From assembly GCA_009782915.1 (NCBI GenBank), contig WRIC01000003.1, positions 15,195 through 79,194 on the forward strand: a DNA stretch of 64,000 bases. Direction: 5' to 3'. This document shows, piece by piece, positions 27,827 through 36,887 of the stretch; position 1 is the stretch's first letter; the number at the start of each line of letters is the position of its first letter. The notes under the pieces were generated by a model that was not told the origin of the DNA, did not search any database, and was given only the letters and a program-made list of their open reading frames with translations. Made by a program: the position numbers and the translations under genes. Origin of the DNA: Propionibacteriaceae bacterium (GTDB taxonomy: Bacteria; Actinomycetota; Actinomycetes; Propionibacteriales; Propionibacteriaceae).

Positions 27827-27866
27827 CAGTGGGTCGTCTTGTTCGCAAGGCGACCCACTGTTGTTA
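27827..27866 (+). terminator. Rho-independent terminator: 15-bp stem with a TTCG loop, then TTGTTAA
   Basis: The sequence is CAGTGGGTCGTCTTG-TTCG-CAAGGCGACCCACTG, 17 nt after the stop of the large gene. Confidence 0.7.
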
Positions 27867-27944
27867 AGGGGACGGGGCGTTTGTCACGAGGGGACGGGGC
27901 GTTTGTCACATACAGTGTGACACGGGGACGGTATGAACTGTCAC
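27866..27944. repeat. Three Family-A units
   Basis: AAGGGGACGGGGCGTTTGTCAC x2, then GTGACACGGGGACGGTATGAACTGTCAC. Confidence 0.9.
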
Positions 27945-27994
27945 ACACCGTCCGTGGGCAGTCACAGTCCTGTCCGGGGACTATTGTGGAACCC

Positions 27995-28846
27995 ATGCAA
28001 CCGTCGGTGACCAGAACTGCGATCGTCATGACACTCGCTGCGATCATCAGTGTTCAAGTGGGTTCCTCGCTGGCTAAGGATCTGTTTGAGATCACTGGTC
28101 CAGTGGTAATGGTGTGGTTACGCCTCACCACGGCAGCGATCATTCTTCTGGGTTTCGTACGCCCGAATCTGAGTGGCCATTCTCAGCGGGACTGGCTGGT
28201 TCTTGGTGGATATGCTCTGGCATTGGTGGGAATGAATACTGCCTTCTATCAGGCGATCGAGCGGATCCCCATCGGTTTGGCTGTGACCTTCGAGTTTTTG
28301 GGGCCACTAAGTGTTGCTCTAGCAAAAAGTCGGGGGGTACGCGACCTGCTCTGGGTGGGTCTCGCAGGACTCGGGGTGGCCCTATTGGGATGGTCCCCCG
28401 GCTCCCTGTCGTTGACAGGTGTCGGGTTTGCTCTGCTGGCAGGACTCTGCTGGGCGGGGTATATCCTCATCACCCCGCACGTGGGGAGATGTTGGAGTGG
28501 TGGGCAACCAGTGCTTGTCGCCAACCTTGCTGGTTCCCTTGTTCTGCTGATTCCCGTACTCCACATCGCGGGAGGTATCCTCGCCACACCCTGGGTATGG
28601 GTAATCGGTTTAGCTGTCGGGTTGCTCAGTTCCGTCATCCCGTACCTCCTGGAACTGCGTGCACTGCGCACCCTCGACCAACGAATCTTCTCCATCCTGA
28701 TGTCCCTCGAACCCGCCATGGCGGCCTTGGCCGCCCTCATCATTCTCAGCGAACGGCTCAGCCCCACTGATGTCATCGCCATGGTCTGTGTGATGATCGC
28801 CTCCATCGGTATCACCTGGACTTCCCGCAGTAGCTATGTTGGTTAA
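27995..28846 (+). CDS. EamA/DMT-family transporter (RhtA-like)
   Basis: It is a ten-TM protein with two EamA halves. I chose the start at the ATG at 27995 because the upstream part of the track ORF translates Family-A repeats. Confidence 0.8.
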   Translation: MQPSVTRTAIVMTLAAIISVQVGSSLAKDLFEITGPVVMVWLRLTTAAIILLGFVRPNLSGHSQRDWLVLGGYALALVGMNTAFYQAIERIPIGLAVTFEFLGPLSVALAKSRGVRDLLWVGLAGLGVALLGWSPGSLSLTGVGFALLAGLCWAGYILITPHVGRCWSGGQPVLVANLAGSLVLLIPVLHIAGGILATPWVWVIGLAVGLLSSVIPYLLELRALRTLDQRIFSILMSLEPAMAALAALIILSERLSPTDVIAMVCVMIASIGITWTSRSSYVG

Positions 28847-28896
28847 TACTGGCCCCATTTGTCGCAGGTAACTGTGTCGGTGGGACAGGCACTCCC

Positions 28897-29080
28897 TCGT
28901 CATTCTGCGGAGCACTGCGAGTCGCGCTGGTGCGCTCCACAGCACAGGCTCCGCGACTCGCAGAATCCAGAAACCATGACTCACCTCCGTCATTCTGCGG
29001 AGCGCAGCGACTCGCAGAATCCAGAATCCACAGTCGCATTAATGTGATTTCTGGACCCTGCGACTTCGCGCAGGGTGACG
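28897..29080. repeat. Family-B long arm plus a complete bipartite Family-B element
   Basis: The sequence is GTCATTCTGCGGAGCACTGCGAGTCGCGCTGGTGCGCTCCACAGCACAGGCTCCGCGACTCGCAGAATCCAGA, then GTCATTCTGCGGAGCGCAGCGACTCGCAGAATCCAGA, spacer, TCTGGACCCTGCGACTTCGCGCAGGGTGACG. Confidence 0.9.
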
Positions 29081-29091
29081 GAGGGTGGTGA

Positions 29092-29733
29092 GTGGGACAG
29101 AGATGCCTGTCCCCATACAATAGAGGGGTGAATCAGTCCCCACGGGTGCCGACCAGTCGGCTGAGTCCTCCACCGGCAGAGGTGTTGGCGAAGCGACGGG
29201 GAATCAACCGTATACTCATAGCACTCGTGGTGATGGTGGCAGCACCGGCGCTGATCTATATTCTCGGCAACAAACTCGTCGACCAGCAGATTAACTCCTG
29301 GATGAGAACACCCACCATTCGTTTCAACGAAGTCACCCAGGTCACTATGCCCAAGGCGGGGAAATATGTCGTCTGGTCATCGGTGGAAGGACCACAGTGT
29401 TCACTGAGTAAGGATGGGGTAGACATCCACCTCTATCCCCATGAGAGTCCCTACGCTCCCCAATACCCTGTGGGCTCCTTTCATATCGACACTCCCGGTA
29501 CCATCACCATCGAATGCATCTACGACGATGAGGAAGCATACGCGAGGATCTCCACAGAGTCGCCCAATGTGAAAATTGCACTGCTCAAGCTTGGAACCTG
29601 GGGTTTGACTTTCATTGTCGGTGTGATCGGAGCCGTCATGACCGTGGTGGCTCTAGCTAAGAATCGCGATGAGAAGAAGCAGCAGTTTGCTCCCACCATG
29701 TACGCAGCTCCGCCGTGGCCTCCTCGACACTGA
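29092..29733 (+). CDS. Hypothetical two-TM membrane protein (start uncertain)
   Basis: 213-aa ORF with TM segments ILIALVVMVAAPALIYIL and LTFIVGVIGAVMTVVALA. I recognise no family. Its 3' end overlaps cca convergently by 77 nt. Confidence 0.45.
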   Translation: MGQRCLSPYNRGVNQSPRVPTSRLSPPPAEVLAKRRGINRILIALVVMVAAPALIYILGNKLVDQQINSWMRTPTIRFNEVTQVTMPKAGKYVVWSSVEGPQCSLSKDGVDIHLYPHESPYAPQYPVGSFHIDTPGTITIECIYDDEEAYARISTESPNVKIALLKLGTWGLTFIVGVIGAVMTVVALAKNRDEKKQQFAPTMYAAPPWPPRH

Positions 29734-31081
29734 CCGGCCCGCGATCCAAACGCCTTTCCAACAGAAACCCGTACGCCTGACCAACCTCGCGACCCGGCCC
29801 GATACCGAGAATCTCCATGATCTGGTTCCCATCCAGATCAGGGCGAATAGCATCCAATTCTTCTTGGGCAGCCAACTCATCGATACGCCACTCCAGTTCA
29901 TCATAGGCCCGACGCAGACGCTCCGCCTTGGCTCGAATCCGGGTCGTACAATCAGAGCGAGTCAGCATGTGGAGTCTCTCCAATTCCTCACCCGCGTCAC
30001 GCACATAACGGCGTACCGCTGAATCAGTCCACTGGGCTTCACCATAACCATGGAAACGCAGATGCAATTCGATGAGCTGGGCCACCGACTCCACAACCTC
30101 TTTGGGATACCTCAACTTTGCCAGGCGAGACCTAGCCATCTTGGCTCCCACCACATCATGGTGATAGAAACTCACCTTCCCACCAGCCTCCAGGCGACGA
30201 GTTTTAGGTTTACCAATGTCATGGAGGAGAGCAGCTAGACGGTTGACCAGATCGGGGGAATGGTTGCGCTGTTTCTCCAAAGCTATCGCCTGATCCAACA
30301 CAGTCAGCGAATGCTGATAAACATCCTTATGGTGGTGGTGTTCATCAACCTCCAGTTGCATGGCCGACAATTCGGGCAGGAACTGATCAGCCAAACCAGT
30401 TCGAACAAGAATATCCAGCCCCACACGCGGTGAATCAGTCAGCAGTAGCTTCGACAACTCGTCGCGGATTCTTTCCTGGGAAATGATCGACAGACGATCA
30501 GCCATATTCTGCATCGCCGCAATAATTTCTGGTACGGGCCGGAAACCGAAACGTGAAGAAAACCTCGCAGCCCGCATCATGCGCAACGGATCATCAGAAA
30601 AGGACATCTCCGGGGTTGATGGGGTCCGAAGAACCCCCTCCAGCAAGTCCACTTGTCCACGGAAAGGATCCACCAAAGAAAAGTCTTCACAGTTGACAGC
30701 CATCGCGTTGATCGTGAAATCCCGCCGGAGAAGATCATCGTCAATCCGATCACCGAATCTCACCTCTGGTTTGCGGGAATCCGCCTGGTAGGTATCCGCA
30801 CGGAAAGTAGTGATCTCAACCTGCCACTGACGATCATCGCCGTGCAGGATCGTACCCAAGGTTCCAAAATCGCGACCCATATCCCACAGTGGTCCGCCCA
30901 GACCCTTCAGAATCTTTTCAATATCGTCCGGGCGTGCCGATGTCGTGAAATCGAGGTCCTCAGATTCCACACCCAGCATGGCGTCACGAACCGTACCCCC
31001 AACGAGGTAGAGAGAAAACCCGGCCTCGGTGAACCCACGAACCAGTGGCTCAGTCACCGACCGAGTGAAAGACAGGTCCAT
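29657..31081 (-). CDS. cca: CCA-adding tRNA nucleotidyltransferase (PcnA/PcnB family with HD domain)
   Basis: 474 aa with LVGGTVRD, DLDF, a RRDFTINA-type motif and an HD region LLHDIGK. Confidence 0.85.
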   Translation of the reverse strand: MDLSFTRSVTEPLVRGFTEAGFSLYLVGGTVRDAMLGVESEDLDFTTSARPDDIEKILKGLGGPLWDMGRDFGTLGTILHGDDRQWQVEITTFRADTYQADSRKPEVRFGDRIDDDLLRRDFTINAMAVNCEDFSLVDPFRGQVDLLEGVLRTPSTPEMSFSDDPLRMMRAARFSSRFGFRPVPEIIAAMQNMADRLSIISQERIRDELSKLLLTDSPRVGLDILVRTGLADQFLPELSAMQLEVDEHHHHKDVYQHSLTVLDQAIALEKQRNHSPDLVNRLAALLHDIGKPKTRRLEAGGKVSFYHHDVVGAKMARSRLAKLRYPKEVVESVAQLIELHLRFHGYGEAQWTDSAVRRYVRDAGEELERLHMLTRSDCTTRIRAKAERLRRAYDELEWRIDELAAQEELDAIRPDLDGNQIMEILGIGPGREVGQAYGFLLERRLDRGPVSVEEATAELRTWWEQTAASSHRDS

Positions 31082-31083
31082 AC

Positions 31084-31530
31084 TCAGGCGTTGACGACTT
31101 CCACAGGAACATGCGCGGTCACCGCATCATGAAGTTTGATCGCGATGGTGTGCGTACCCAAGGTTTTGATCGGTTTCACCACCGAGATGCTGCGCTTATC
31201 CAGTGCAGGCCCACCAGCTGATTTCACTGCCTGAGCCAACCCGGCAGGAGTCACAGCACCAAACAGGGTTCCAGCTTCACCGGCGCGAGCCTTGATCTTG
31301 ATCGACAATCCCTCCAATTGGGTGCGCAATTCTTCAGCATGATCCACGCCACGAATCTCGCGGGCATCACGAGCGCGCTTGATCCCCTCGATCTGCTTCT
31401 CAGCTCCACGGGTCCATGCGATAGCGCGCCCCTGGGGGAGAAGAAAGTTGCGACCGTACCCGGAACGCACCTCAACAATGTCACCAGCAATACCCAGTTT
31501 GTCGACTGCCGTCGTGAGAATGAGTTTCAT
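31084..31530 (-). CDS. rplI: 50S ribosomal protein L9
   Basis: 148 aa beginning MKLILT...VDKLG..GDIVEV..GYGRNFLLPQG. Confidence 0.95.
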   Translation of the reverse strand: MKLILTTAVDKLGIAGDIVEVRSGYGRNFLLPQGRAIAWTRGAEKQIEGIKRARDAREIRGVDHAEELRTQLEGLSIKIKARAGEAGTLFGAVTPAGLAQAVKSAGGPALDKRSISVVKPIKTLGTHTIAIKLHDAVTAHVPVEVVNA

Positions 31531-31540
31531 GATCTACTCC

Positions 31541-31774
31541 TTACCGGCCAGAGGAGGCATAGGGCAGGAGAGCGACTTCGCGGGCATTCTTGATAGCCTG
31601 AGCGACTTTGCGCTGATCCTGGACAGTGAGCCCTGTCACGCGGCGTGAACGGATCTTGCCACGGTCAGAGATGAACTTGCGAAGAAGAGTGACATCCTTA
31701 TAGTCGATTTCACCGAGGTAAATTGTCTTCACCGGGATGAATTTCTTCTTCATGATTGGCTTACGTGCGGCCAT
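31541..31774 (-). CDS. rpsR: 30S ribosomal protein S18
   Basis: 77 aa from the ATG at 31772-31774 ([11 protein letters not shown]...[25 protein letters not shown]). The longer track ORF is an upstream read-through. Confidence 0.95.
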   Translation of the reverse strand: MAARKPIMKKKFIPVKTIYLGEIDYKDVTLLRKFISDRGKIRSRRVTGLTVQDQRKVAQAIKNAREVALLPYASSGR

Positions 31775-31826
31775 TGTGGTGCTCCCTTTCTTGAGCCCGG
31801 CTGTGATGCCGGAATGTGCCTGGTGG

Positions 31827-32303
31827 TTAGAACGGCGGGTCCTCGGATTGTGCATTAGCCCACGGATCGTTGACTGGTGCTGCGGGTTCACCCGAAGCTG
31901 CCGGCGACCATCCCGCAGAACCGCCCTGGGCTGAGCCAGATGGATTGCGGGTGACCTTGGCTGTGGAATAGCGCAAAGCCGGACCGATTTCGTCGACATC
32001 AATCTCGAAGACTGTTCTGCGTTCCCCCGACTGTGTCTCATAGGAGCGAGACTTGAGTCGGCCTTGAACAATAACTCTCATCCCCTTGCTCAGCGACTCG
32101 GTGACATTTTCTGCCACCTGACGCCACACCGAGCAGTTGATGAACATGGCATCCCCATCTTTCCATTCGTTGGTTGCCCGATCGAAGGTACGTGGGGTGG
32201 AGGCCACAGTGAAGTTTGCTACCGCTGCCCCAGAGGGTGTGAAGCGGAGTACGGGATCGTCGGTGAGATTACCGACGAGCGTGATAGTTGTATCGCCTGC
32301 CAT
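31827..32303 (-). CDS. ssb: Single-stranded DNA-binding protein
   Basis: It has an OB-fold N-terminus ([18 protein letters not shown]) and an acidic C-terminal tip DPPF. Confidence 0.95.
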   Translation of the reverse strand: MAGDTTITLVGNLTDDPVLRFTPSGAAVANFTVASTPRTFDRATNEWKDGDAMFINCSVWRQVAENVTESLSKGMRVIVQGRLKSRSYETQSGERRTVFEIDVDEIGPALRYSTAKVTRNPSGSAQGGSAGWSPAASGEPAAPVNDPWANAQSEDPPF

Positions 32304-32360
32304 TATTTGATCCTTTGACTAGATTTCGATGATCCCAGGGTAGTGAAAGCCTCTGACAAT

Positions 32361-32693
32361 TCAGGCAGACTTCTTGGGTCCCTTGATCTTCTTCGCCTTT
32401 TTTGCCGTGAGCTCGGGACGAACCACATGGGTTCGCAACACATTTTCATCGATACTCATCCGGCGGTTGAGTTCCTTGACCACGTCAGGATCAGCGTCCA
32501 TGTTGAGCACAACATAGATCCCTTCGGACTTTTTCTTGATTTCGTACGCGAGACGGCGACGGCCCCAAATATCGGTGTTGGTGACGACTCCACCGGCTTC
32601 GCTCACGACTGTGAGGTGTGCTTCGATGATGCCTTCAACTTGGCGGTCATCAATCTCAGGATCGAGAATGACCATCATTTCATAACTACGCAT
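32361..32693 (-). CDS. rpsF: 30S ribosomal protein S6
   Basis: The sequence begins MRSYEMMVILDP. It is the first gene of the rpsF-ssb-rpsR-rplI operon. Confidence 0.95.
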   Translation of the reverse strand: MRSYEMMVILDPEIDDRQVEGIIEAHLTVVSEAGGVVTNTDIWGRRRLAYEIKKKSEGIYVVLNMDADPDVVKELNRRMSIDENVLRTHVVRPELTAKKAKKIKGPKKSA

Positions 32694-32803
32694 GAGTGTA
32701 GGTCTCCTTTGGACTATCGGCCACGGGGATATCCCGGAGCAGGAGAGAGGCGCCTGAACGCCGACCGCTTAGTCTACTTCAGCAGGTACGCAGTTGTCAC
32801 TTT

Positions 32804-32864
32804 GTGACAAGGTGCCTGTCCCCTTGTCACACTCTTTGTGACAAGGTGCCTGTCCCCTTGTCAC
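32804..32864. repeat. Tandem pair (33-bp period) of the Family-A hairpin GTGACAAGGTGCCTGTCCCCTTGTCAC
   Basis: By direct reading, the second copy contains the stop codon of the downstream-facing gene 32861..33586. Confidence 0.9.
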
Positions 32865-33586
32865 ACTGCCGGGGCGTCTTTGCCGAAATCGGAACCGAAC
32901 CCACGGCGCTCACCACGACCCAGAGCCTTGTTGCCGTGGGAGACAATACCCACCACGAGCAGGATAGCCACAGCGGTGAAAGCAACCACCAGGAAAACGA
33001 TCTCAATGAGCATGACATGCTTGGATGTCCCAGGAATCACCCCAGCAACACCCAACGTACTCGGTGAAGCACTCGGCCCCTCATCGGATGGTGCAACATA
33101 GGACTGGAATTCTGTGGGTTCCTCCGTGGGATCATCCTCAGGTTCCGGCTCCTCCGGTGGAGCAGTGATCTTGCCTTTGGCACTGCCCTGACTTCCGTTG
33201 TAGAGGCTATCCCCAGGGAAAGAAACACTCACCGTGAAGCTGGAAGGAAAACCATCACCATCCGGAATGGAGCCAATCGCTGAAAAACTGCCGTCACCAC
33301 CAGTGACCGCCACCGAGTCAATCTGCCCATAACTCGTGGACAGGTTCACCATTGTGGCGACCAGGCCACGTCCACCACCAGTCAGTGATCCGGTGACCAT
33401 GAAAGCCTGACCAGGGTTAACCTCCGAGGGGCTCACCGACACTGAGGTGGCGGTGCCCGTCTTGCTCACTGGTTTCGTTGTTGCGGGGGCCGGGGGGGTT
33501 TCCGTTTCAGGATCTGCTGAAGCAAACAATGGTGCCCCCATGGTGGCAAGACACATCAGGGCGACCAGGACACCTATCCTCGCCAT
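32861..33586 (-). CDS. Secreted, C-terminally membrane-anchored hypothetical protein
   Basis: From the ATG at 33584-33586 there is a signal peptide MARIGVLVALMCLATMGAPLFASA. A Thr/Pro-rich linker, a probable beta-rich domain, an acidic stretch, a C-terminal TM segment and a basic tail follow. The track ORF extends to 33772. Confidence 0.5.
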   Translation of the reverse strand: MARIGVLVALMCLATMGAPLFASADPETETPPAPATTKPVSKTGTATSVSVSPSEVNPGQAFMVTGSLTGGGRGLVATMVNLSTSYGQIDSVAVTGGDGSFSAIGSIPDGDGFPSSFTVSVSFPGDSLYNGSQGSAKGKITAPPEEPEPEDDPTEEPTEFQSYVAPSDEGPSASPSTLGVAGVIPGTSKHVMLIEIVFLVVAFTAVAILLVVGIVSHGNKALGRGERRGFGSDFGKDAPAV

Positions 33587-33822
33587 CTGCACTCTGAGTC
33601 GTCTCACCAAGCCTCCATTATGATTTCTTGTTGGGTTTGTCTTTGGTTCACTGGATTGATCGTACGCGACACCACTGGGGCCCGCGTACTGGTTACTCCA
33701 CCGATTCAACCTTTCGAATAGCTCCTCATTGGTGTCCCCTACCAACATTTGTTGGTCAACAACGTGCACCAATCACTACTTCGTCTTATCCATAGTGTAC
33801 TCGCAAGTACTAGAGTGAGTCC

Positions 33823-35493
33823 ATGAGCACACTGCGCGCCACCACACTCCCACCTTGGCACACTCTCGCCGAATTGAACCGTACCTTCAATCCTGACTTG
33901 CGAGGATGGTTCGACACCGAACCCCAGCGGGTCAAAGAATTGACTATCACAGCCGGCGACCTCTACGTCGATTTGTCCAAGAACCTGATCACCCCCCAGG
34001 TACGCCAGGCGCTGGTTGATTTGGCATCCGCGATGGACATCCCCACTCGCCGAGACGCCATGTTTTCTGGGGAAGTCATGAACGTGACCGAGAATCGTCG
34101 CGTCCTGCACACAGCCCTGCGTCGCCCCCGTGGTGATTCCCTCGAGGTGGACGGCATCGATATTATTCCCCAGATCCATGAGGTCCTTGATCAGGTTTAT
34201 GCCTTCGCCGAGAAGGTACGCTCCGGGGCTTGGGTGGGCGCATCGGGCAAGAAAATCCGTACGGTCGTTAATATCGGGATTGGTGGATCTGATCTGGGTC
34301 CAGCCATGGTCTATGAGGCACTGCGCCCGTACGCCAAAGAAAACCTGGAATGCCGTTTCGTGTCCAATATTGATCCGAGCGATCTCGCCGAGAAGGTGTC
34401 CGATCTTGATCCGGAAACAACGCTGTTTATTGTGGTGTCCAAGACTTTCACCACCTTGGAGACTCTCACCAACGCGCGCCTGGCCCGCGGGTGGTTGTGG
34501 GATGGTTTGGAAGCCAAGGGTGTCATCGGCGACTCGGATACTAGCCGGGCGGGCGCTGTCGCCCAACATTTCGTGGCGGTGTCCACCGCGCTCGACAAGG
34601 TGGAGGCTTTCGGGATCGACCCAGCCAACGCCTTTGGTTTCTGGGATTGGGTGGGTGGCCGCTACTCTGTGGGCTCTGCTGTGGGGACCAGTCTTGCTGT
34701 GGGTTTCGGACCGGAGGTTTTCGGCGAATTCCTCGCCGGAATGTACGCGATGGATCGTCATTTCTGTCGTGAACCATTGGACCGGAATCTGCCTGTTCTC
34801 ATGGGTTTGCTGGGGGTGTGGTACCGCAACTTCCTGAACATGGCCAGCCACGCCGTACTGCCCTACACCCAGTATCTTCACCGTTTCACCGCCTATCTTC
34901 AGCAGTTGACGATGGAGTCCAATGGCAAACAGGTACGCGCCGATGGGACGGCGGTCAACACGGACACCGGTGAGGTGTATTTCGGGGAGCCGGGCACCAA
35001 TGGTCAACACGCGTTCTATCAACTCCTGCATCAGGGCACCCAGATCATTCCCGCTGATTTCATTGCTGTCGCCACACCAGCCCACGGTCTCAAAGATGGT
35101 GACACCGATGTCCACGAGCTACTATTGGCGAATTGTTTCGCACAAACCAAGGCTCTGGCTTTCGGCAAGACCGAGGATGAGGTACGCGCCGAAGGGACTG
35201 CCGAGGAGTTGGTTGCTCACCGCATCTTTGCTGGCAACCGCCCCACGACCACCATCCTCGCCCCCGGATTAACCCCCTCGGTGGTGGGCCAACTAATCGC
35301 CCTCTACGAGCACATCACTTTCGTTCAAGGAATCATCTGGGGTATCGACTCCTTCGACCAGTGGGGTGTCGAGTTGGGTAAACAGCTCGCCATGGAAATC
35401 GCCCCCGCCATCCAAGGAGACGTCAGCGCGTTAGGCGCCCAAGACCCCTCCACCCAGTCCCTCATCCGCTACTACCGCGACAACCGAGCCTAA
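33823..35493 (+). CDS. pgi: Glucose-6-phosphate isomerase
   Basis: 556 aa with the typical PGI motifs DxSKTFTT(L)ET ([12 protein letters not shown]) and GGRYS. Confidence 0.95.
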   Translation: MSTLRATTLPPWHTLAELNRTFNPDLRGWFDTEPQRVKELTITAGDLYVDLSKNLITPQVRQALVDLASAMDIPTRRDAMFSGEVMNVTENRRVLHTALRRPRGDSLEVDGIDIIPQIHEVLDQVYAFAEKVRSGAWVGASGKKIRTVVNIGIGGSDLGPAMVYEALRPYAKENLECRFVSNIDPSDLAEKVSDLDPETTLFIVVSKTFTTLETLTNARLARGWLWDGLEAKGVIGDSDTSRAGAVAQHFVAVSTALDKVEAFGIDPANAFGFWDWVGGRYSVGSAVGTSLAVGFGPEVFGEFLAGMYAMDRHFCREPLDRNLPVLMGLLGVWYRNFLNMASHAVLPYTQYLHRFTAYLQQLTMESNGKQVRADGTAVNTDTGEVYFGEPGTNGQHAFYQLLHQGTQIIPADFIAVATPAHGLKDGDTDVHELLLANCFAQTKALAFGKTEDEVRAEGTAEELVAHRIFAGNRPTTTILAPGLTPSVVGQLIALYEHITFVQGIIWGIDSFDQWGVELGKQLAMEIAPAIQGDVSALGAQDPSTQSLIRYYRDNRA

Positions 35494-35500
35494 ACCCCAT

Positions 35501-35546
35501 CCGTGTCCACAGTTAGCGGTCATGATGACCGTTTACTGTGGACGGG
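35501..35546. repeat. Family-D palindrome (copy D1) between convergent pgi and the aldo/keto reductase; likely bidirectional terminator hairpin
   Basis: The sequence is CCGTGTCCACAGTTAGCGGTCATGATGACCGTTTACTGTGGACGGG, with arms GTCCACAGT/ACTGTGGAC and CGGTCAT/ATGACCG. Confidence 0.8.
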
Positions 35547-35602
35547 AACCCGGGGACAGGCGTCGCGCTGTCCCACCGCCGTCCCCCTGTCACAGTCCTA
35601 GG

Positions 35603-36424
35603 TCAGAAACCGTTGAAATCTTGGGGTTCGGCGCAGATCTTCGTACCTGTGGCAAGAGCATCAATGGCGACGAGGTCACCACAGGAGAGTTCCAGCTTTT
35701 CGGCATCAAGGTTTTCTTTGATGCGTACGGGGTTGGCTGACTTGGGTAGCGGAATGAAACCGTTGGCGAGATGCCAGGCGAGAACCACTTGGGCTGGCGT
35801 GGCCTCCAGGCGTACTGCTATCTCGTTGAGCGCCGGATCATCAAGATAATGTCCGCGACCCAGTGGGGCATAACTCTCGGTGAGGGTTCCCTGGTCGGTG
35901 TTCGCTTGAGCAACCGCGGTGTTAGGGAAACCCGGATGGAGCTCGACCTGGTTGATTGCGGGTACGACACCAGAGCCAGCGATAGCTTGAAGGTGGTCGG
36001 GGTTGAAATTGGAGACACCAATGGACTTGGTCAAACCCTTGTTGCGCAGTGTGATGAGAGTGTCCCAGGCCTTCTGATAGAGACCCAGACCAGGGGCGGG
36101 CCAATGAATCAGGTAGAGATCCACATAGTCGAGATTGAGCTTCATCAGTGAGGTGGCCAGAGCAGCTTCGGGGTCATGGAGATCATCAGTCCAGGTTTTC
36201 GTGGTAACGAAGATGTCGTCACGATCCAGCCCACACGACTTCAGCCCCTTGCCGACACCCACCTCATTCTCATAGATCGTCGCCGTGTCGATATGTCGAT
36301 AACCAACTTCGATTGCTTGGATCACCAGTGCTTCCGCTTCTACGTCACTGACCCTCCACGTGCCATACCCCATCGACGGGATCTCGTACCCATCATTCAT
36401 GACACTCATCAACTCAGACATCAC
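35603..36424 (-). CDS. Aldo/keto reductase (2,5-diketo-D-gluconate reductase-like)
   Basis: 273 aa with GYRHIDTA and IHWP motifs. Confidence 0.85.
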   Translation of the reverse strand: MMSELMSVMNDGYEIPSMGYGTWRVSDVEAEALVIQAIEVGYRHIDTATIYENEVGVGKGLKSCGLDRDDIFVTTKTWTDDLHDPEAALATSLMKLNLDYVDLYLIHWPAPGLGLYQKAWDTLITLRNKGLTKSIGVSNFNPDHLQAIAGSGVVPAINQVELHPGFPNTAVAQANTDQGTLTESYAPLGRGHYLDDPALNEIAVRLEATPAQVVLAWHLANGFIPLPKSANPVRIKENLDAEKLELSCGDLVAIDALATGTKICAEPQDFNGF

Positions 36425-36470
36425 GTCTCCCTTCCATCAGCCAGTGTACTCCCGCAGGTCCCCATCCAGA

Positions 36471-36795
36471 GTCGTCTCCCTGCGCGAAGTCGCAGGCGTC
36501 CAGACGACCACAAGGGACGTACCTTTTGTGCTGTCTCGTTGGGTTTGCATCTATCCGTCCTTCAAGATTCCGTCGACAACACAAAAGGTACGTCCCTTGC
36601 GGTCCAGTCGTCTCGGTAGCCACCCTCTCCGTCATTCCGCGGAGCGAAGCGACTCGCAGAATCCAGACCCAAGAGTCGAACAACTGCGTAGTCTGGGCCC
36701 TGCGAGTCGCTTCGCTCCGCAGGGTGACGTTGACGCGTGACAAACGCCCCGTCCCCTTTTGATATTTGATAGTGACAAACGCCCCGTCCCCTTTT
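36471..36795. repeat. Repeat island upstream of cbiMQO containing Family A and Family B units and a 20-bp inverted repeat
   Basis: Components by direct reading: a Family-B short arm (36471-36505); a perfect 20-bp inverted repeat with a 49-nt spacer (36511-36530 and 36580-36599); a complete Family-B element in reverse orientation (36631-36728); and two Family-A units (36737-36759, 36772-36795). Confidence 0.9.
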
Positions 36796-36887
36796 GATAG
36801 TCCCCTTTTGATATGGTCACCGCCGCTTCTACACGGGCCCACTGTTAGACTGGGGTGCGTTGCGCTTTGACGCTGAAAGGCACTCCC

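Noticed and set aside
27839-27994. N-terminal extensions of track ORFs across repeat units: 27839 for the EamA gene, 11770-11895 for the GNAT, 31775-32071 for rpsR, 39406-39468 for rmuC and 52643-52738 for dnaB
   Set aside because: The extensions translate repeat or intergenic sequence. Internal starts give canonical N-termini and have better RBS context.
33739-35115. 458-aa ORF on the minus strand opposite pgi
   Set aside because: It is fully antisense to a gene with unmistakable glucose-6-phosphate isomerase sequence. Its translation is low-complexity with no recognisable motifs. Long antisense ORFs of this kind are typical of GC-rich genomes.
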